64,000 nt of DNA, taken from positions 185,256,001-185,320,000 of the forward strand of contig OZ024741.1 of the NCBI GenBank assembly GCA_964016885.1, in the 5' to 3' direction. Of the stretch, positions 40,977 to 54,180 are shown piece by piece (position 1 is the first letter of the stretch; every line of letters starts with the position of its first letter). Origin of the DNA: Eledone cirrhosa (Eukaryota). Made by a program: the position numbers and the translations under genes. The notes beneath the pieces were generated by a model. The model saw nothing but the letters and a program-made list of their open reading frames with translations, made no database searches and was not told the origin of the DNA.

Positions 40977-41804
40977 TGTATATATAGTGTATTTTGCAAT
41001 ACACTGTATGCTTAATTAAAAGCATTTCGAAGACTTTACGCTAGAGTAGTGACAGTCTCACTTACTTTCATTTTCAGCAAACAGGGGAGATAAAGCTGCC
41101 AGAGCTCTGTTTCGCACTTTTTGGTGCTTATCAAAGCTAACTACTCCACCTGTTTGCTGAAAATCGTGAATGTTTGATTCTTATAGAGTTCTAGTAATAA
41201 TCAGGAACTGATTATAGAGAGCGGTTGCCGATCAAGCAGAAATTGAAAATTAGAATTGGTGCTCTGAAATAGCGATATATATGTATGAATGTATATATAG
41301 TGTATTTTGCAATACAGCTTTATCTCCACTGTTTGCTGGAAATTAAAGTAAGTGAGACTGTCACTACTCTAAAACAATAGCGTAAGGTCTTCGAGATGCT
41401 TTTAATTAAGCATACAGTGTGTTGCAAAATACACTATATATACATTCATATATATATATCGCTATTTCAGAGCACGAATTCTAATTTTCAATTTCTGCTT
41501 GACCGGCAACTGCTCTGTATAATCGGTTCCTGATTATTACTAGAATTCTATAAGAATCAAACATTCACGATTTTCAGCAAACAGGTGGAATATTTAGCTT
41601 TGATAAGCACTAAAAAGTGCGAAACAGAGCTCTGTCAGCTTTATGACCCCTGTTTACTGAAAATTAAAGTAAGTGAAACTGTCACTACTCTAAAACAATA
41701 GCGTAAGGTCTTCGAAAAGCTTTTAATTAAGCATGCAGTGTATTGCAAAATACACTATATGTACATTCATATATATATATCGCTATTTCAGAGCACCAAT
41801 TCTA

Positions 41805-41808
<4 letters not shown>
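40971..41808. mobile_element. Retrozyme-like array: about 1.1 monomers on minus (40971-41315) joined to about 1.5 tandem monomers on plus (41316-41808), period 321 nt
   Basis: 41316-41485 repeats at 41637-41806; the left part is the reverse complement; one HHR per monomer; (TA)n on both flanks. Confidence 0.85.
41576..41660 (+). ncRNA. Type-I hammerhead ribozyme, U3-A8 variant, with extended stem I
   Basis: CAGCAAACAGG..AGCT-TTGATAA-GCAC TAAAAA GTGC-GAAA-CAGAGCTCTG-TC^AGCT..CCTGTTTACTG; predicted cut after 41636; the minus copy at 41075-41159 has GC in place of TC. Confidence 0.88.
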
Positions 41809-41842
<34 letters not shown>

Positions 41843-42538
41843 CGTAGTGTAGTTGCAGTATTACAGTGGGTACATAACTGTAAGTGTAAACTTTGAGGAT
41901 AAACTTAACATACCATATCTCTGTCCTGACAGTCCCACAAAACAAATTGGTAAGGTAAGTAAGCGCTGACTCTTGTTAGTTTTACAGACGCCACTGTGGG
42001 GTCACAACGAGAGACAGTCACGGTTAACCAACGTAAGGGATAGCATTAATACGTGTTAGACGAACAGCGAAAATAAATGCTAGGAACATTTTGAGCGACT
42101 TGCTGGAGGCTGCAATGATTATTTTTTATAAAAATTGTATCTGTAAAGGTAACAAGATCTGAGGTGCCGCGACCTTATTATTTATGTTTATTATTTATGT
42201 TTATTATTTTTCAAAATTAGGGTCCTCGAGGAGGAAGCGTCTTCGCCACCGGGAAATACTGTACTTTCCGATCACTGACAAATGAAGATAAGATCCACTT
42301 ACTTTGGGAATCTTACAGTAAATGGAATACAATATACCAATGTATATTGAATTCCAGCAAAAATCTAGGTATGATAACAACCATAAGGTGGAAACGGCCG
42401 ATGGAAATACCTCCACTGGAGCTCGATAGATAGTGCTCCTGCACTAGCTTCCAACATTCATTGCAAAAGGCTTTAAAATCTTTATTCGTAAACATACCGT
42501 ATATCAATACATATACAAAATACACATAAATACATTGA

Positions 42539-42580
<42 letters not shown>

Positions 42581-42602
42581 ATGTATGTATGTTTATATAT
42601 AT

Positions 42603-42646
<44 letters not shown>

Positions 42647-42680
42647 TGAGAGAGATTCCGGTAGTAGAATCAACACTAGA

Positions 42681-42727
42681 ATCTTAAGTATGATGCAACA
42701 TTATGTATGTTGCATCATACTTAAGAT
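42681..42727. repeat. Perfect 21-bp hairpin
   Basis: ATCTTAAGTATGATGCAACAT-TATGT-ATGTTGCATCATACTTAAGAT. Confidence 0.9.
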
Positions 42728-42838
42728 GCCAAATTTCAAATAAACGTCGGGTCATATCTAAACTTTAAGGAAATAGTAGTTGTTGTTGCTGCAGTAAAGA
42801 CTTACCCTCAGGTTAAATATATAGGTGACCCCCCCCCC

Positions 42839-42930
<92 letters not shown>

Positions 42931-43528
42931 CTGAACTCCTTATTGTAGAGTTTTTTCGGAATGTTTTTGACTGTTGTTTCATGTAAACAAACATTCGTCT
43001 CATTCTGACATCACCAGCCCTGTTTTTCCACATGTGCGTTTTATTTTCATAATCACGCATGATGTTAAACGAGCCTGCTTTTAAATTCCCTTTTTGGCAT
43101 ATTAATCAGTGAGAATTTGGCTATCGTGTTGAGCTCTGCTGATGATGGTATTCCAAACTTGACCATCTCCACTGAAAGTTTTCGTAAAATAGTCTTTTTA
43201 AAGACTATACAGAGCATTTGTAGTTGTTCCAAATTGAAGGATGAGCATTTTAAACTTTATTTTATCATGAGTTAAGGCTATATTGATTTTTCCCTCGATT
43301 TCACTAAATTCTGTTGGATAAATTATATCCTGATTCTTTTTGAATTGAGTTTGAATTAGTTTTCCCACATCTTACGTTAACTATTTTCCCATTTTGACGC
43401 TATAGTCACTTATATATTATGGAATACTGTTGGCTTCTTGCTACAATACTTTCTATACCTTTCATTTCTATATATATATATATATAAATATGTATATATA
43501 TATGTGTGTATATATATATATATATGGT

Positions 43529-43645
<117 letters not shown>

Positions 43646-44637
43646 TAAACTGATTAAGGAAGTAAGGCAAATATATCTAAATATCATAAAATTCCGCTAA
43701 AAATATAAAATGCAAAAATAAAAGTTAGGATCTCGTATATGTACTTCAGGGAGTTGAATATTTTAGACTAAATGGGATTATTCAAGCCATTGGTAGATAC
43801 ACTTCTCGATGTATTAATTTAATATTTGAAAACAAGTACAAAGCGTAATGCCAAAAAAATCAAAAACTCTATTCACGTAAATTTTGTTTAATATAGAGGT
43901 AGAGGTATGCTGTGGATTTCATATAAAACTGAAACACGTCCTCCGCTTTAAAGACAAGTAACTACACACTGTCTATATTTACTGAACTTTTTCAATTGTT
44001 TTTCTTGCATTAAACAGACTTGATCGTTTTCCCATTGTTAACACCTCCACCATCAGCACCAACACAAACAACACCAACACCAATAGCACCAACAACACCA
44101 AAGCCACCAGCACCAACACCAACAACACTAACACCACCAGCACCAATACCACCAGCACCAACACCAATAGCACCAATACACCTGTCATACTACTATCTTA
44201 TCCACACATGATTTTATCTTAACTAGTTTCTATCACCTATTTCACTCTCCACTACACACTCTCCCTATTCATTCTCACAGATCTCTCGTTATTTCTCGTT
44301 CTCTGGCACATTCTCCCTTTACCTCTTTCTGTACTTCTTTTGCCTATCTTCACACTCAATCCTTCACGTATCTCTCTTTCCATCTCTCATTGCCGATCTC
44401 ATTCTCCACACCTAATCCCCACCCCCTCTCATCTTATTTCAGTCGTTTCACTCTTTATTACAAGCAATCCAATGTGTTACTCAAATGACATCCATGTGAC
44501 ACTCGTGTGACAAGGCACGTTACCATCACCAGCATACACACCTAATTTCTTGCATTTCTCCCTTCGAATTCTCACTCCTTCTTCTCTTACTAATTTCTAT
44601 TTATCTGTCTATCCACCTATCTACCCCCCCCCTCTCT

Positions 44638-44731
<94 letters not shown>

Positions 44732-44806
44732 CGAAGGAAATGTGGTAGGAACCAGGTGGACCATAGCGCACCAAAGTACTCAATACTTAGGGTAGTAGAG
44801 TGGGTA

Positions 44807-44925
44807 ATAGGAACGAGTAGGACCCCGACGGCTGAGCTCAAGCCGTTTCGACGTCTAATTCTGGAGTCCAGAATTAGCCGTCGAAACGGCTTGAGCTCAG
44901 CCGTCGGGGTCCTACTCGTTCCTAT
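44807..44925. repeat. Palindrome with 59-bp arms built from an HHR 3' half
   Basis: Centre 44866, one mismatch; each arm reads GAAA-CGGCTTGAGCTCAGCCG-TC-GGGGTCC. Confidence 0.92.
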
Positions 44926-47900
44926 ATATATATATATATATATATATATTTCTATCTCTCTTGATCTCACATCCCCTCTCTCTCTTTCAGTGAACATATA
45001 TTTCACTCCTTATGATTGTAATTTTAAATGACATTCTTTAGTACTGGTACTTATCTGTCCATGTAGTGTGTGTGATACTAACTTTTAAGGATACGAGTTT
45101 GCATGACTGCGCGCATCAAGAACTCCAAGATTTCTTTAAATCATTGACTTAACTCTTCAACTTTCTTTTTTAATTCATCGAACTGCCCTCTGATAAGAGA
45201 TGTTACCACAAAGTTACAATGCTTAATAAAGTTAGATTATTGAGCAGATCGACGAATTGAGTTGCATTATAGAGTAAATAATATAATGTTTTGGATTCTT
45301 ATCTCTCATTAAAGAAAGAAGAAGAAAGTGAGAGTTAGCGGCATTGCATTTCCAATTATGGACACATAAATTTTGAAGATATTCAATTGGTTGTGAGTTA
45401 TGGTGTGATATGAGGAGTTAGGGGAATTGCTCGAGACAGAAACGTGTGGAGGAAGCTAGAAATAGCGAAGAAAGTGAGAAAGAAATAATGCATTAGAGAG
45501 AATGCGAAGGTTTTAAATGGAAAAAGATGAAGGGCTAAAAAACGGTAAGTAAAAGAGGTGTGAGACAAATGGAGAAAGTACCCCAAAAGATATTTAAAAT
45601 ATGTATGTGAAATACACTAATACATTTTCATTGAGACAATGCCTGGTGGAAGTTTGTAAGCCCTGAACATGTTGGTGTGAGAGGGCGAGACTAGGTGAAC
45701 AAATAATTATGCCTCGGGGTTTATATTAAAGAAAGAAACTGCTTCTCATGTGCACAATATCTTCTAAATTTGTCATGTGTAGAAGGCATCGTTGACCTGA
45801 TTTATTATTGATGCATCCTGGTGGCTGTCGCTTGCGCCTAGCGGGTGAAGATGTAAATTTTATGTAGATCTGAGATTTCATTGAACGTAAGAGACAAATT
45901 ATACGTGTGCAAGATTTATGTATGTGCGTTTATATATGTGAGAGTGTGTGTGTATATGCACATATATATGCATAAAATATGCAAGCATGTATGTGTATCT
46001 GTGTATGTACGTAAGAATGTTAATAATTACTTCATTCTTTCTTTCTTTTGTAGACAACGCATCCACTGGACATTTGTAAAAAAAAAAATGGCAAGGTCAG
46101 AGCGAGACATTCTATTTGGAATATTCCGAGGATAGTTGACTTATAGCATCAGAGATAATCACTGTGCTTTCTTCTATATAAAATGATGAGTATTTTTGAC
46201 ATGGCCTTTGTAAATAGCCTCATGTGGGTCATGGACATTTTCGCAAACACGTGTTATCCAGAGGCCATTGGTAAAGAATAGAGACGAACACATTTCTGTA
46301 ATCATGACATTATGTCACAAGATTTCTACAGACAATTAAGCTTATTAATTAAAGGATATTCGACCGACATCATATTCTCATTTTCTTTCATTTGCATGCG
46401 CATCAGTCATTAATGTTCTCGTAGGACTTGCTTGAAACAACTCGTGCAAATAATAACCCAACAAATGGATCAATGTGTGCATATAAGCATGTACGCACAT
46501 ATTTCTTTATGTAAGTATCAATGTAAGTAACAATTAATTCATACAGAGATCACTGGATGTATTGATTTAAATATATGTGAATCAATGTATGCATGGTTTA
46601 ATACACGTAGGACTCAAAGAGATGATATGAATTAATATGTGAGTTAATATTTGTGCGGATCAATGTATGTGTGGATGAAAGTGTGATTAGAAGAGCGTAC
46701 GTAACATTTGATGTGAACGTGGGACAATGTATATGATGTTGCGTGTATGCATGGATCAATGTATAAATGGGTCACTCTATGTATTAAGCACTGTTTCAAC
46801 TCATGTTTTTGTGGATTGATACATTAATGAATGAATGTATGTAGCAATCAATGTATGAATAAATCAATGCATGCAAAAATCCATGCATACTTTTGAAACA
46901 ATGTATACATGGATCAACGAATAAATGAATCAACGTAGGTATGGGTCAATATCTGTACGGATCAAAGACTGTCCTACTTTTTCAAAACCAATTCAAGAAC
47001 ATGATGGCGGCAAATCAACCGAAAAGAGAATTTTTTCAGAGTTGTTACAAATTTCGTATTTGATCCTTAGTGCATGCCATTTATACTGGTGGTGGTGTAG
47101 AAGGACATTAATTATTCTATCCTCATCTTCAATGTTGAGTCATTGAATTACTTTCAAAACAACTTCGGCAATTGTTGTCCGGTTCCATCCCTTGCAACCA
47201 GAACACGCAAAAGTCCCGAATTTACTTTTCCGAGTTCAGACGCATCATGACCAAGACTCTTCCCAATTGTGATGTAAAAAATAGTTGCATGTCCTACCGA
47301 TAGTTTCTCTCATTCCCACGTGGAAACAAGCGTGGCGTCGAAAGTCTGATTTATTTACGACGATTTTCAGAGTTGTACTGACTTGAAGATTTCATCATCA
47401 TCATCCTAAGCAGCATGAAGAACTTTCAGTAAGCTTCCTTCTCGGGACATCGTGATATTTTCATACTGATTTCACTTTCTTACTTTCACATCGACAATCT
47501 TATTTTCCTTCTTTTGAATGTCTCTTGCATGTTTTGCATCAACGACAGCCATGACTAAAGACACCCCGCCTTCCTTTGTGTCTCAAAGAAAGCTATGTCT
47601 TTAGATGAGACATCCGTCTGTTCGAGAGTGTCCTGGATATCACAAATTTCCTCGAGATCACCTTTCCAAATCTCACGCTTTGTGATTGCTTTTTCAGTCA
47701 ACTTTTATTTACTTGTTTTTTTTTTGTTTCTTTTTTTTTGTATAACATTAAAACCCCCCAATCTGTGCAACCCCAAATTATATTTGTATTTCTTACTTTT
47801 TTCGCTTGCGTAGATTTTATATGAAATAAATTCATGGCAAAATCGACATGAAGTGATTGCAACAAGACAGATCTTCCCTTTAAATATCTATCTATCTAAG

Positions 47901-50090
47901 GCGGGTAAAATTCCCGAGATCCATGGACGAGTTCTCTCCAGCGGTCTCTGTCCCTCATTATCGCTGCCATGTCCTGCGTCTCCAACAGACCAGTGTCTGT
48001 CCTTAGAGCATCAACATACGTTAGCCTTGGTCTTCCTCTTCTAGTGTGTCCATATGAAACACCCTAATATATAGATTTTCTCATCTACCGAGTTATTTAT
48101 TGTCTGAAATGAAGATTGTAGTTAAATATAATAGATACTCCGTCAGCATTCAGCCCTCCGGTCAGCAAAACGTATGACTCGTATTCCACAGACACATGTA
48201 TTCTTAACGCAATTCTTAGGTAGAATCAGTTTGACAGTATATGAAAATGGTGGACATTTGAATTAGAAATACCATACATCCGACCAGTTTCCATTCAGTT
48301 TTCATATACCCGATTACATTCACAATGCTTGGGCTGAACTGAAACTAAGATAATGACACTTGCCCAAAATGACAAACCGTAAAGTGTAATCCGGAACTCA
48401 TGTGTAAAAATGCGAATTCCTTGATCACTCAGTAGAGTATAGTGATAAAAGAAAGCTCTGAGCAAAATGGCGGACTCAACATAACAAAACTCCCATGCAA
48501 CTTAAAGTATGTACAATGTGAAATTGAGAACAGCGGAAAGTCTAGACACTCGTATCACATTTATAATCCCAATATTCTTATTCAGCCAATTCAACGAAAT
48601 CAAAGACCAAAAAATGTCCTTGATTCACACATAAATTGATGCATATATACATTAAGCATACTATGAACTATGTATGTATGAAATCATATGGTATTTCTTA
48701 TATACATTGATTTATATATACATTGGTGTGTGGATGAATTGATTGGTGTGCATATTACGTCATACTGTGATCCTTACATACGTTTGTCTAGGCATAAATA
48801 CATTGACAGGTGGCTGAACGATTCGGATTGCTACCTTTCCTCCGAGATAGATAGATATAGATAGATATATAGATAAAGAGAGAGAGAGAGAGATGGAGGG
48901 AGGGGGGGGGGGGTAATGTTAACTCGTGGACTGAAGACAATGGATTATTTTAGGCATTGTTACTTTTGTTTAACTACCGGTCATCCTTAGTAAAGCTGGC
49001 TTCTGGTCAAACACCTTCCAGCCTATACTGGGCCATATTTTCCAATGCTTATATTTCTAGCACATGTGATTGAAAGAGAATTAAGTTGCTATTTCTACAT
49101 ACCAATCATGCTCCACAAACTTGTAAAATATCCTTCATTTGATCAAGTTAAATACAATGAGAGGATAGAAGAAAATAGAAAGACAGGAGGAAATACGGCT
49201 TCCGAAAAGTCTACTTTTCTCTGTTGCTAACAGTCGTTCATTGCAGATTTCATAAGGATATTCGATAATTTTCAATGATAATGAGTGTAAGTAAGCCAAA
49301 AGTGTTTCCATAGATTCTTTGACCAAATATATTTATTTCCTTTACTAAAAATATTAGAACAATTTAGCTCTCTTTGGGACATAAACATAAATTTAAGAAA
49401 AACACAGATTCTAAGAAAACTAAAGATTCTGGATATAATATTACGTTACTAAACGTATATAGTAGGCAATTTAAGAGATTTACGAGAATCTTTGAAATGT
49501 TAGATACAATATTCAGACAGAATGTTTCCTTTCATCTTATGCAGATGGAGATAGCATATGTATGTAATTCAATCGCCATTTAACAGCTAGAAACAATTTT
49601 ATAACAATCAAAATAAATTTTCACTTTATTCGGCCTACTGATAATTATATATGATTATGATGTAACACATAAAAACAAATCTATATGCCCACGAAAATCA
49701 TTCCAAAACTTAAAACTGATAAATTTTCAGTTGCCTAAATAACTATAAAATTATATAAATTTCTAAATAATTACTCTTATATATAGCTCAAAATTTAAAG
49801 CAATTTAACATTACACTAATTTTATCTAGCATACCGAGAAACGTTATGAGAGGGTAGATGTACAGAAGATTCAAATAAATTTGTTAACACTATTATTATG
49901 ATAGAGAAGGCCTATATGTGCATTTGCAGTTAAAAGTCGGATCATTGGTTATGATAATTCTTGCTACAAACCTTAATAGTTTAAAAATCAATTTTCAAAG
50001 TCTGAAGAAGTTACCTGGGTATATAACATCATCGTTACTTGACTGGTAGAAAGACTGTCGAACATCCAGGTGACACGCACACGCATACAC

Positions 50091-50175
<85 letters not shown>

Positions 50176-50177
<2 letters not shown>

Positions 50178-50400
50178 ATTACATAATAAACAGCACAATA
50201 TTATTATTCCATTACCAGAGTTAAATAACTATTTCATCAAATGAATGAGCTGGACATTTCTGTAAGGATCGTCTAGTTTCATGAAAACTTTGGTAATGGA
50301 ATAATTATATTGTGTTGTTTATTATGTAATTAGATAGCTCTGTACCATACATAGCGGATTCTTCTTTCCTTTACCTTTTCTACGGAAATAATTAACACAC
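50176..50400 (+). mobile_element. pLTR-like fragment with inverted 46-bp tail copy and decayed HHR; same family as the HHRs at 2156 and 32803
   Basis: 50176-50221 is inverted at 50286-50332; CAAATGA..stem..GAAA-ACTTTGG-TA-ATGGAAT. Confidence 0.6.
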
Positions 50401-50683
50401 ATACACACACACATATATATATATATATATATCAGGTGGTTTGAGAAAAGTTATTGTCAAATTTGACTCGCAATTATTAGGAAATCAAACACTATATTAG
50501 AAGCCACTAGCTAAATGTTTCAAATGCCGTGGGATCAACTTAGACACCATGAATTTGCGATACGAAATTCTGCATCACACTTCTATGTCTGCATCTCTTT
50601 ATTAAAGCCGTTCCATACTATAGGTTCAAAGGTACACAATCTACGAACATAGTGTTTATTTCAACCTTTCATCATACACATTG

Positions 50684-50711
<28 letters not shown>

Positions 50712-50714
<3 letters not shown>

Positions 50715-53700
50715 TAAAATATAAGTATTAATAAAATAGATGTTCTTTTGATCAATTACATTTTATTATACATATTTCGGATGTACAACAGTACGTTCTC
50801 ATCAGACAAACTATAATGATACATGACATACCCTGAGATGTTAAATGGTTAAGGTTTAATGAAGGTAGTGATTACCTGATAGAACATTTTGCTATATAAT
50901 ATCTATGTGAAAGTGCGAAAACGTAATAAATTCATTAGAGAATGTGTGAGTAAGAAAAAAAACGTTGCATACTGTAAGTGTTCTAAAAAATTAAAGTGTA
51001 TGATACTACAATATATCTAGGAAAACGTCTCCTGAATCATAACAGCCAGTGATAGCCACTGGAAAAAGATTTATAAGGAGGGAAAAATAAAGTGTGTGTG
51101 TGATTCGAAAGTTAAACGGTTAGATTTGAAAATATTTAATTTATAATATTAAGGTGAAGACTCCAGAGTTCAGGATTATTTGCATGTTATTTATATATTA
51201 TTTATATAAATTCAATAAGTGTGTTATCATTTCTAAACTTCTGAATTGTGAGAATAACATTTAAAGGATTTAGCTGGCACATAAAGAATGAAATATTATA
51301 CTGTTGATTAATTACCTAAATCTAAACTTTAACAAATATACCAACATATTAGGTATGTAAAGCTTTTGATGTACTTATTGTTATAACAATTTAAATAACT
51401 ATTATGTATATAGGTATATATTAATGAGCCAGTATGTTTAAAGTAAATAATACCGACGAAGATAAAAATAAAATAATATGTTAAGGATAAATATATACAT
51501 ATGTATAACTGGGTGTAAATGTACTAATTATTCTTCAACCAAGATATCAACATATTATTAGATATAGGGATGTATATATATAGATATATATTAGGTATTA
51601 TTAGTGTAGTATACTTTAGGTAAATGATAACAATTATACTCTTATCAACGTGTTACATTTACATATATATATATATACATATAAGAAAAACAAACAATGA
51701 GTGCATGTATAGTATAGAGTTCAAAATAATGTCTATAATAATTTTTAATTTGGATATTTTCTCTATATTTGAATCATATATATAGATGTATGGTAGGTAT
51801 ATTTAAAAATATATAAAATACAATATATAACTACATATATATTATAATACATTATATTATAAATAAATAAATAAGAGATCGAAAGTACAGCGAAAAATTC
51901 ACATTTATATATAAGTTTGAATCAGTCCCAAAATTTAGATTTTATAGTGCAGTAAGTATATTTAAAAGAAATATATGCTATATTATACTATAAATAATAG
52001 ATCAAAAAGTCATTAAAAATTTGGAGTTATAGATAAGTTTCATAAACATTTTTGGATTGGGTATTAATCTAAAATTTAAAAGAGATCACAAATTCACAGT
52101 TAAATAAATTCAATAAATATGTAAGGATCAGGTATTGTCCTAAATTATAGATAATGGTGGTGTTGATCAAAGTTAACAAATAATGTTGTGTGTATCAATG
52201 TTTAGGCATGCTAATTGAAATATTGTCATTCATTCTAACGTTGTTTTTTCTATAGGTAGTTATAAAATAAAGCAATATTAAAGGCCATTGATGTTTTTTA
52301 CTGTTGATTATATATTCCTGGTAACTGAGTTGTTATTGCTTCTTTCTTTCTCGTTTTATGTGAGGCTAAAAGTGTGGACGTAGCTTAATGGAGGCAATTA
52401 GAGAATAATTCACTTTCTTTGTTAATTAGGATCTCGTAATTATTAATCATCAACAGGGTCTCCATTGTACAGAGCGGGCAGTTATTTGATATACTAGAGT
52501 TGCGGTAAATTCCACAGTTTCGAAGTTTTGTCCAAAGAATGGATTATTCTAGAATCCTCTCTTTTAAAGACCATATAAGCTGTGATAAGGACGTGGATGA
52601 TTTCTTCTTAGAGTTCGAGAATGAGCATTTATGGTTCGCAAAACGAAGTTTGAATGTGAACGAGGTTGATCCAATGTAATTGTATGTTTTATGGTCAGTT
52701 TTTACGGTGCATTTATAAACCAAATTACTATCTAAACAATTATTTTGCAAAGGGCAATTATTTTCATTTCTACAATTACATTTTTGTTTAGTATCATTAA
52801 TGTTAACTCTATTATTATGATCATTATGTTGGTTTGGTTTTAGGATTTTGGCGTTTAATTTGGTGATGTTTTGGGCCATGTTACTGGTTGTAGAATTTGC
52901 GAATTTAATGGTATGTCTATTAAAAATGGAATGGTATTTATGTTGAGTAGGGAAAGAGGTGTCAAGAGCTTTAAAGAATAGTTTTGCAATTGGTGTTTTA
53001 ACTGCGACCGAAGCTGGTGGTGACTGGTTTAGATCTAGTTCGTATTCTCGATTTATTTAGCGTATGTGTGTTTGAGTTATAGTTATTAGAATTAATCTTA
53101 TATGTGTTATTATTTTTATTATTATTATTAGGAATAATACTTGGATTGTTATTATCTACATATTCTATATTATTTATATCCTGCTCTTTTTAAAGCGTTG
53201 TTGTAATATTCCGCATTTTATTAATACGTTTTTGCATACTATTTACTATAGCTTTTTTTTACAGATCTAGGGTGATTTGAATAGTTACTAACATAATTTA
53301 AGTTTTCATTAGGTTTATTAAAAGGGTAATAGAAGCCAGTATTCAAGTTAAAGGTAACGTCTAGGAAATTAACTAATTTCGTACCGTTTTCTACTTCTAA
53401 TTTAAGGTCGTACGTTTTAAAGAATTCCATTATACTTTTCTTAACTCTATTTAATTCTATATTATTGTGTTTGACCACCGTAAAAAAAGTGTCATCTATA
53501 TATAAACCACCGGAAATCTCCGGCAGTTTTCTATTTATCATGTTTAATATGAAAATTCCCAGAAGATCTGTGATTTGCGCGGAATCAGATGCCCCCATAG
53601 TGATATCAAAGTTTCTATCTCTATCTAAGCGTGTCCAAAATTCGTTATTGAAGTTAATGAGAGTTATTCTAGCTGTTAAAATTATATCTATTTCATTTGT

Positions 53701-54180
53701 GGTTAGATCAGTATGCTTATAAGCATATGAGAGGGCCTTATTTAGAAGTTTATGTGTTATAGAAGAATAGTAGCTAGTAATATCCATCTGGATGAATTTA
53801 TAGTTTTTCTTATCTTCAATGTTCTTGTACCATTCAATGACCTCTTATGTATCTTTCCATAAGCTCAAACTAGATCTCAATTTAAGAGTGGGTAATATTC
53901 TGTCTATGATGTTTTTACTGATTACTCCTATATCCGATTTCGATGGAGCAATCAGTCTAACTGGCATTTCTTCCTTAACGTTTCTTTTATGATCCTTTAG
54001 GTTAATCCTCGGATGTCTAGGTAAGAATGGCTCAGTTCTTCCTTGTATTCCTAGATTGGTAATTAAATTATAGGCTTCTTCATTAATTTCAGTAAGATTA
54101 TCAGCCGGGGCTTTTTTGTAATTTTTCCTAAGTTCTTTCAGGATCAGGTCGTTAGATTCATCTTTGCTTATCCCATATAA
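50712..54180 (-). mobile_element. Naiad-like Penelope element, 5'-truncated and degenerate
   Basis: RT RLIAPSKSDIG, DITSYYSSI, FDITMGASDSAQITDLLG, GGLYIDD, VNFLDVTFNL; GIY-YIG CNCRNENNCPLQNNC..LVYKCTV..YIGST; CPLC; about 1.6-kb AT-rich 3'UTR. Confidence 0.9.
50761..50810 (-). ncRNA. Hammerhead ribozyme in PLE pseudo-LTR
   Basis: Minus strand TTTGT-CTGATGA-GAACGTAC TGTT GTACATCC-GAAA-TATGTA-TA-ATAAA. Confidence 0.72.

Noticed and set aside
40971-41808. CRISPR array or simple satellite interpretation
   Set aside because: No repeat-spacer structure and eukaryotic context; an HHR-bearing monomer with an inversion explains it better
42350-42410. GAAACGGCCG palindromic stem-III-like motif; similar partial motifs at 1555, 37710, 59475, 60800 and 63180
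   Set aside because: Core absent or multiply mutated; possibly decayed HHRs but not supportable individually
44020-44211. Pro/Thr-rich mucin-like ORF
   Set aside because: Degenerate (CAC/CAA/CAG)n trinucleotide repeat
46035-46101. Possible short exon (TTTTGTAG...ATGGCAAG/GTCAGA)
   Set aside because: Isolated splice-like motifs with no neighbouring exons or homology; needs RNA-seq
47150-47620. Cys-containing minus-strand fragment resembling a PHD finger of a decayed transposase
   Set aside because: Interrupted by stops and too few motif residues
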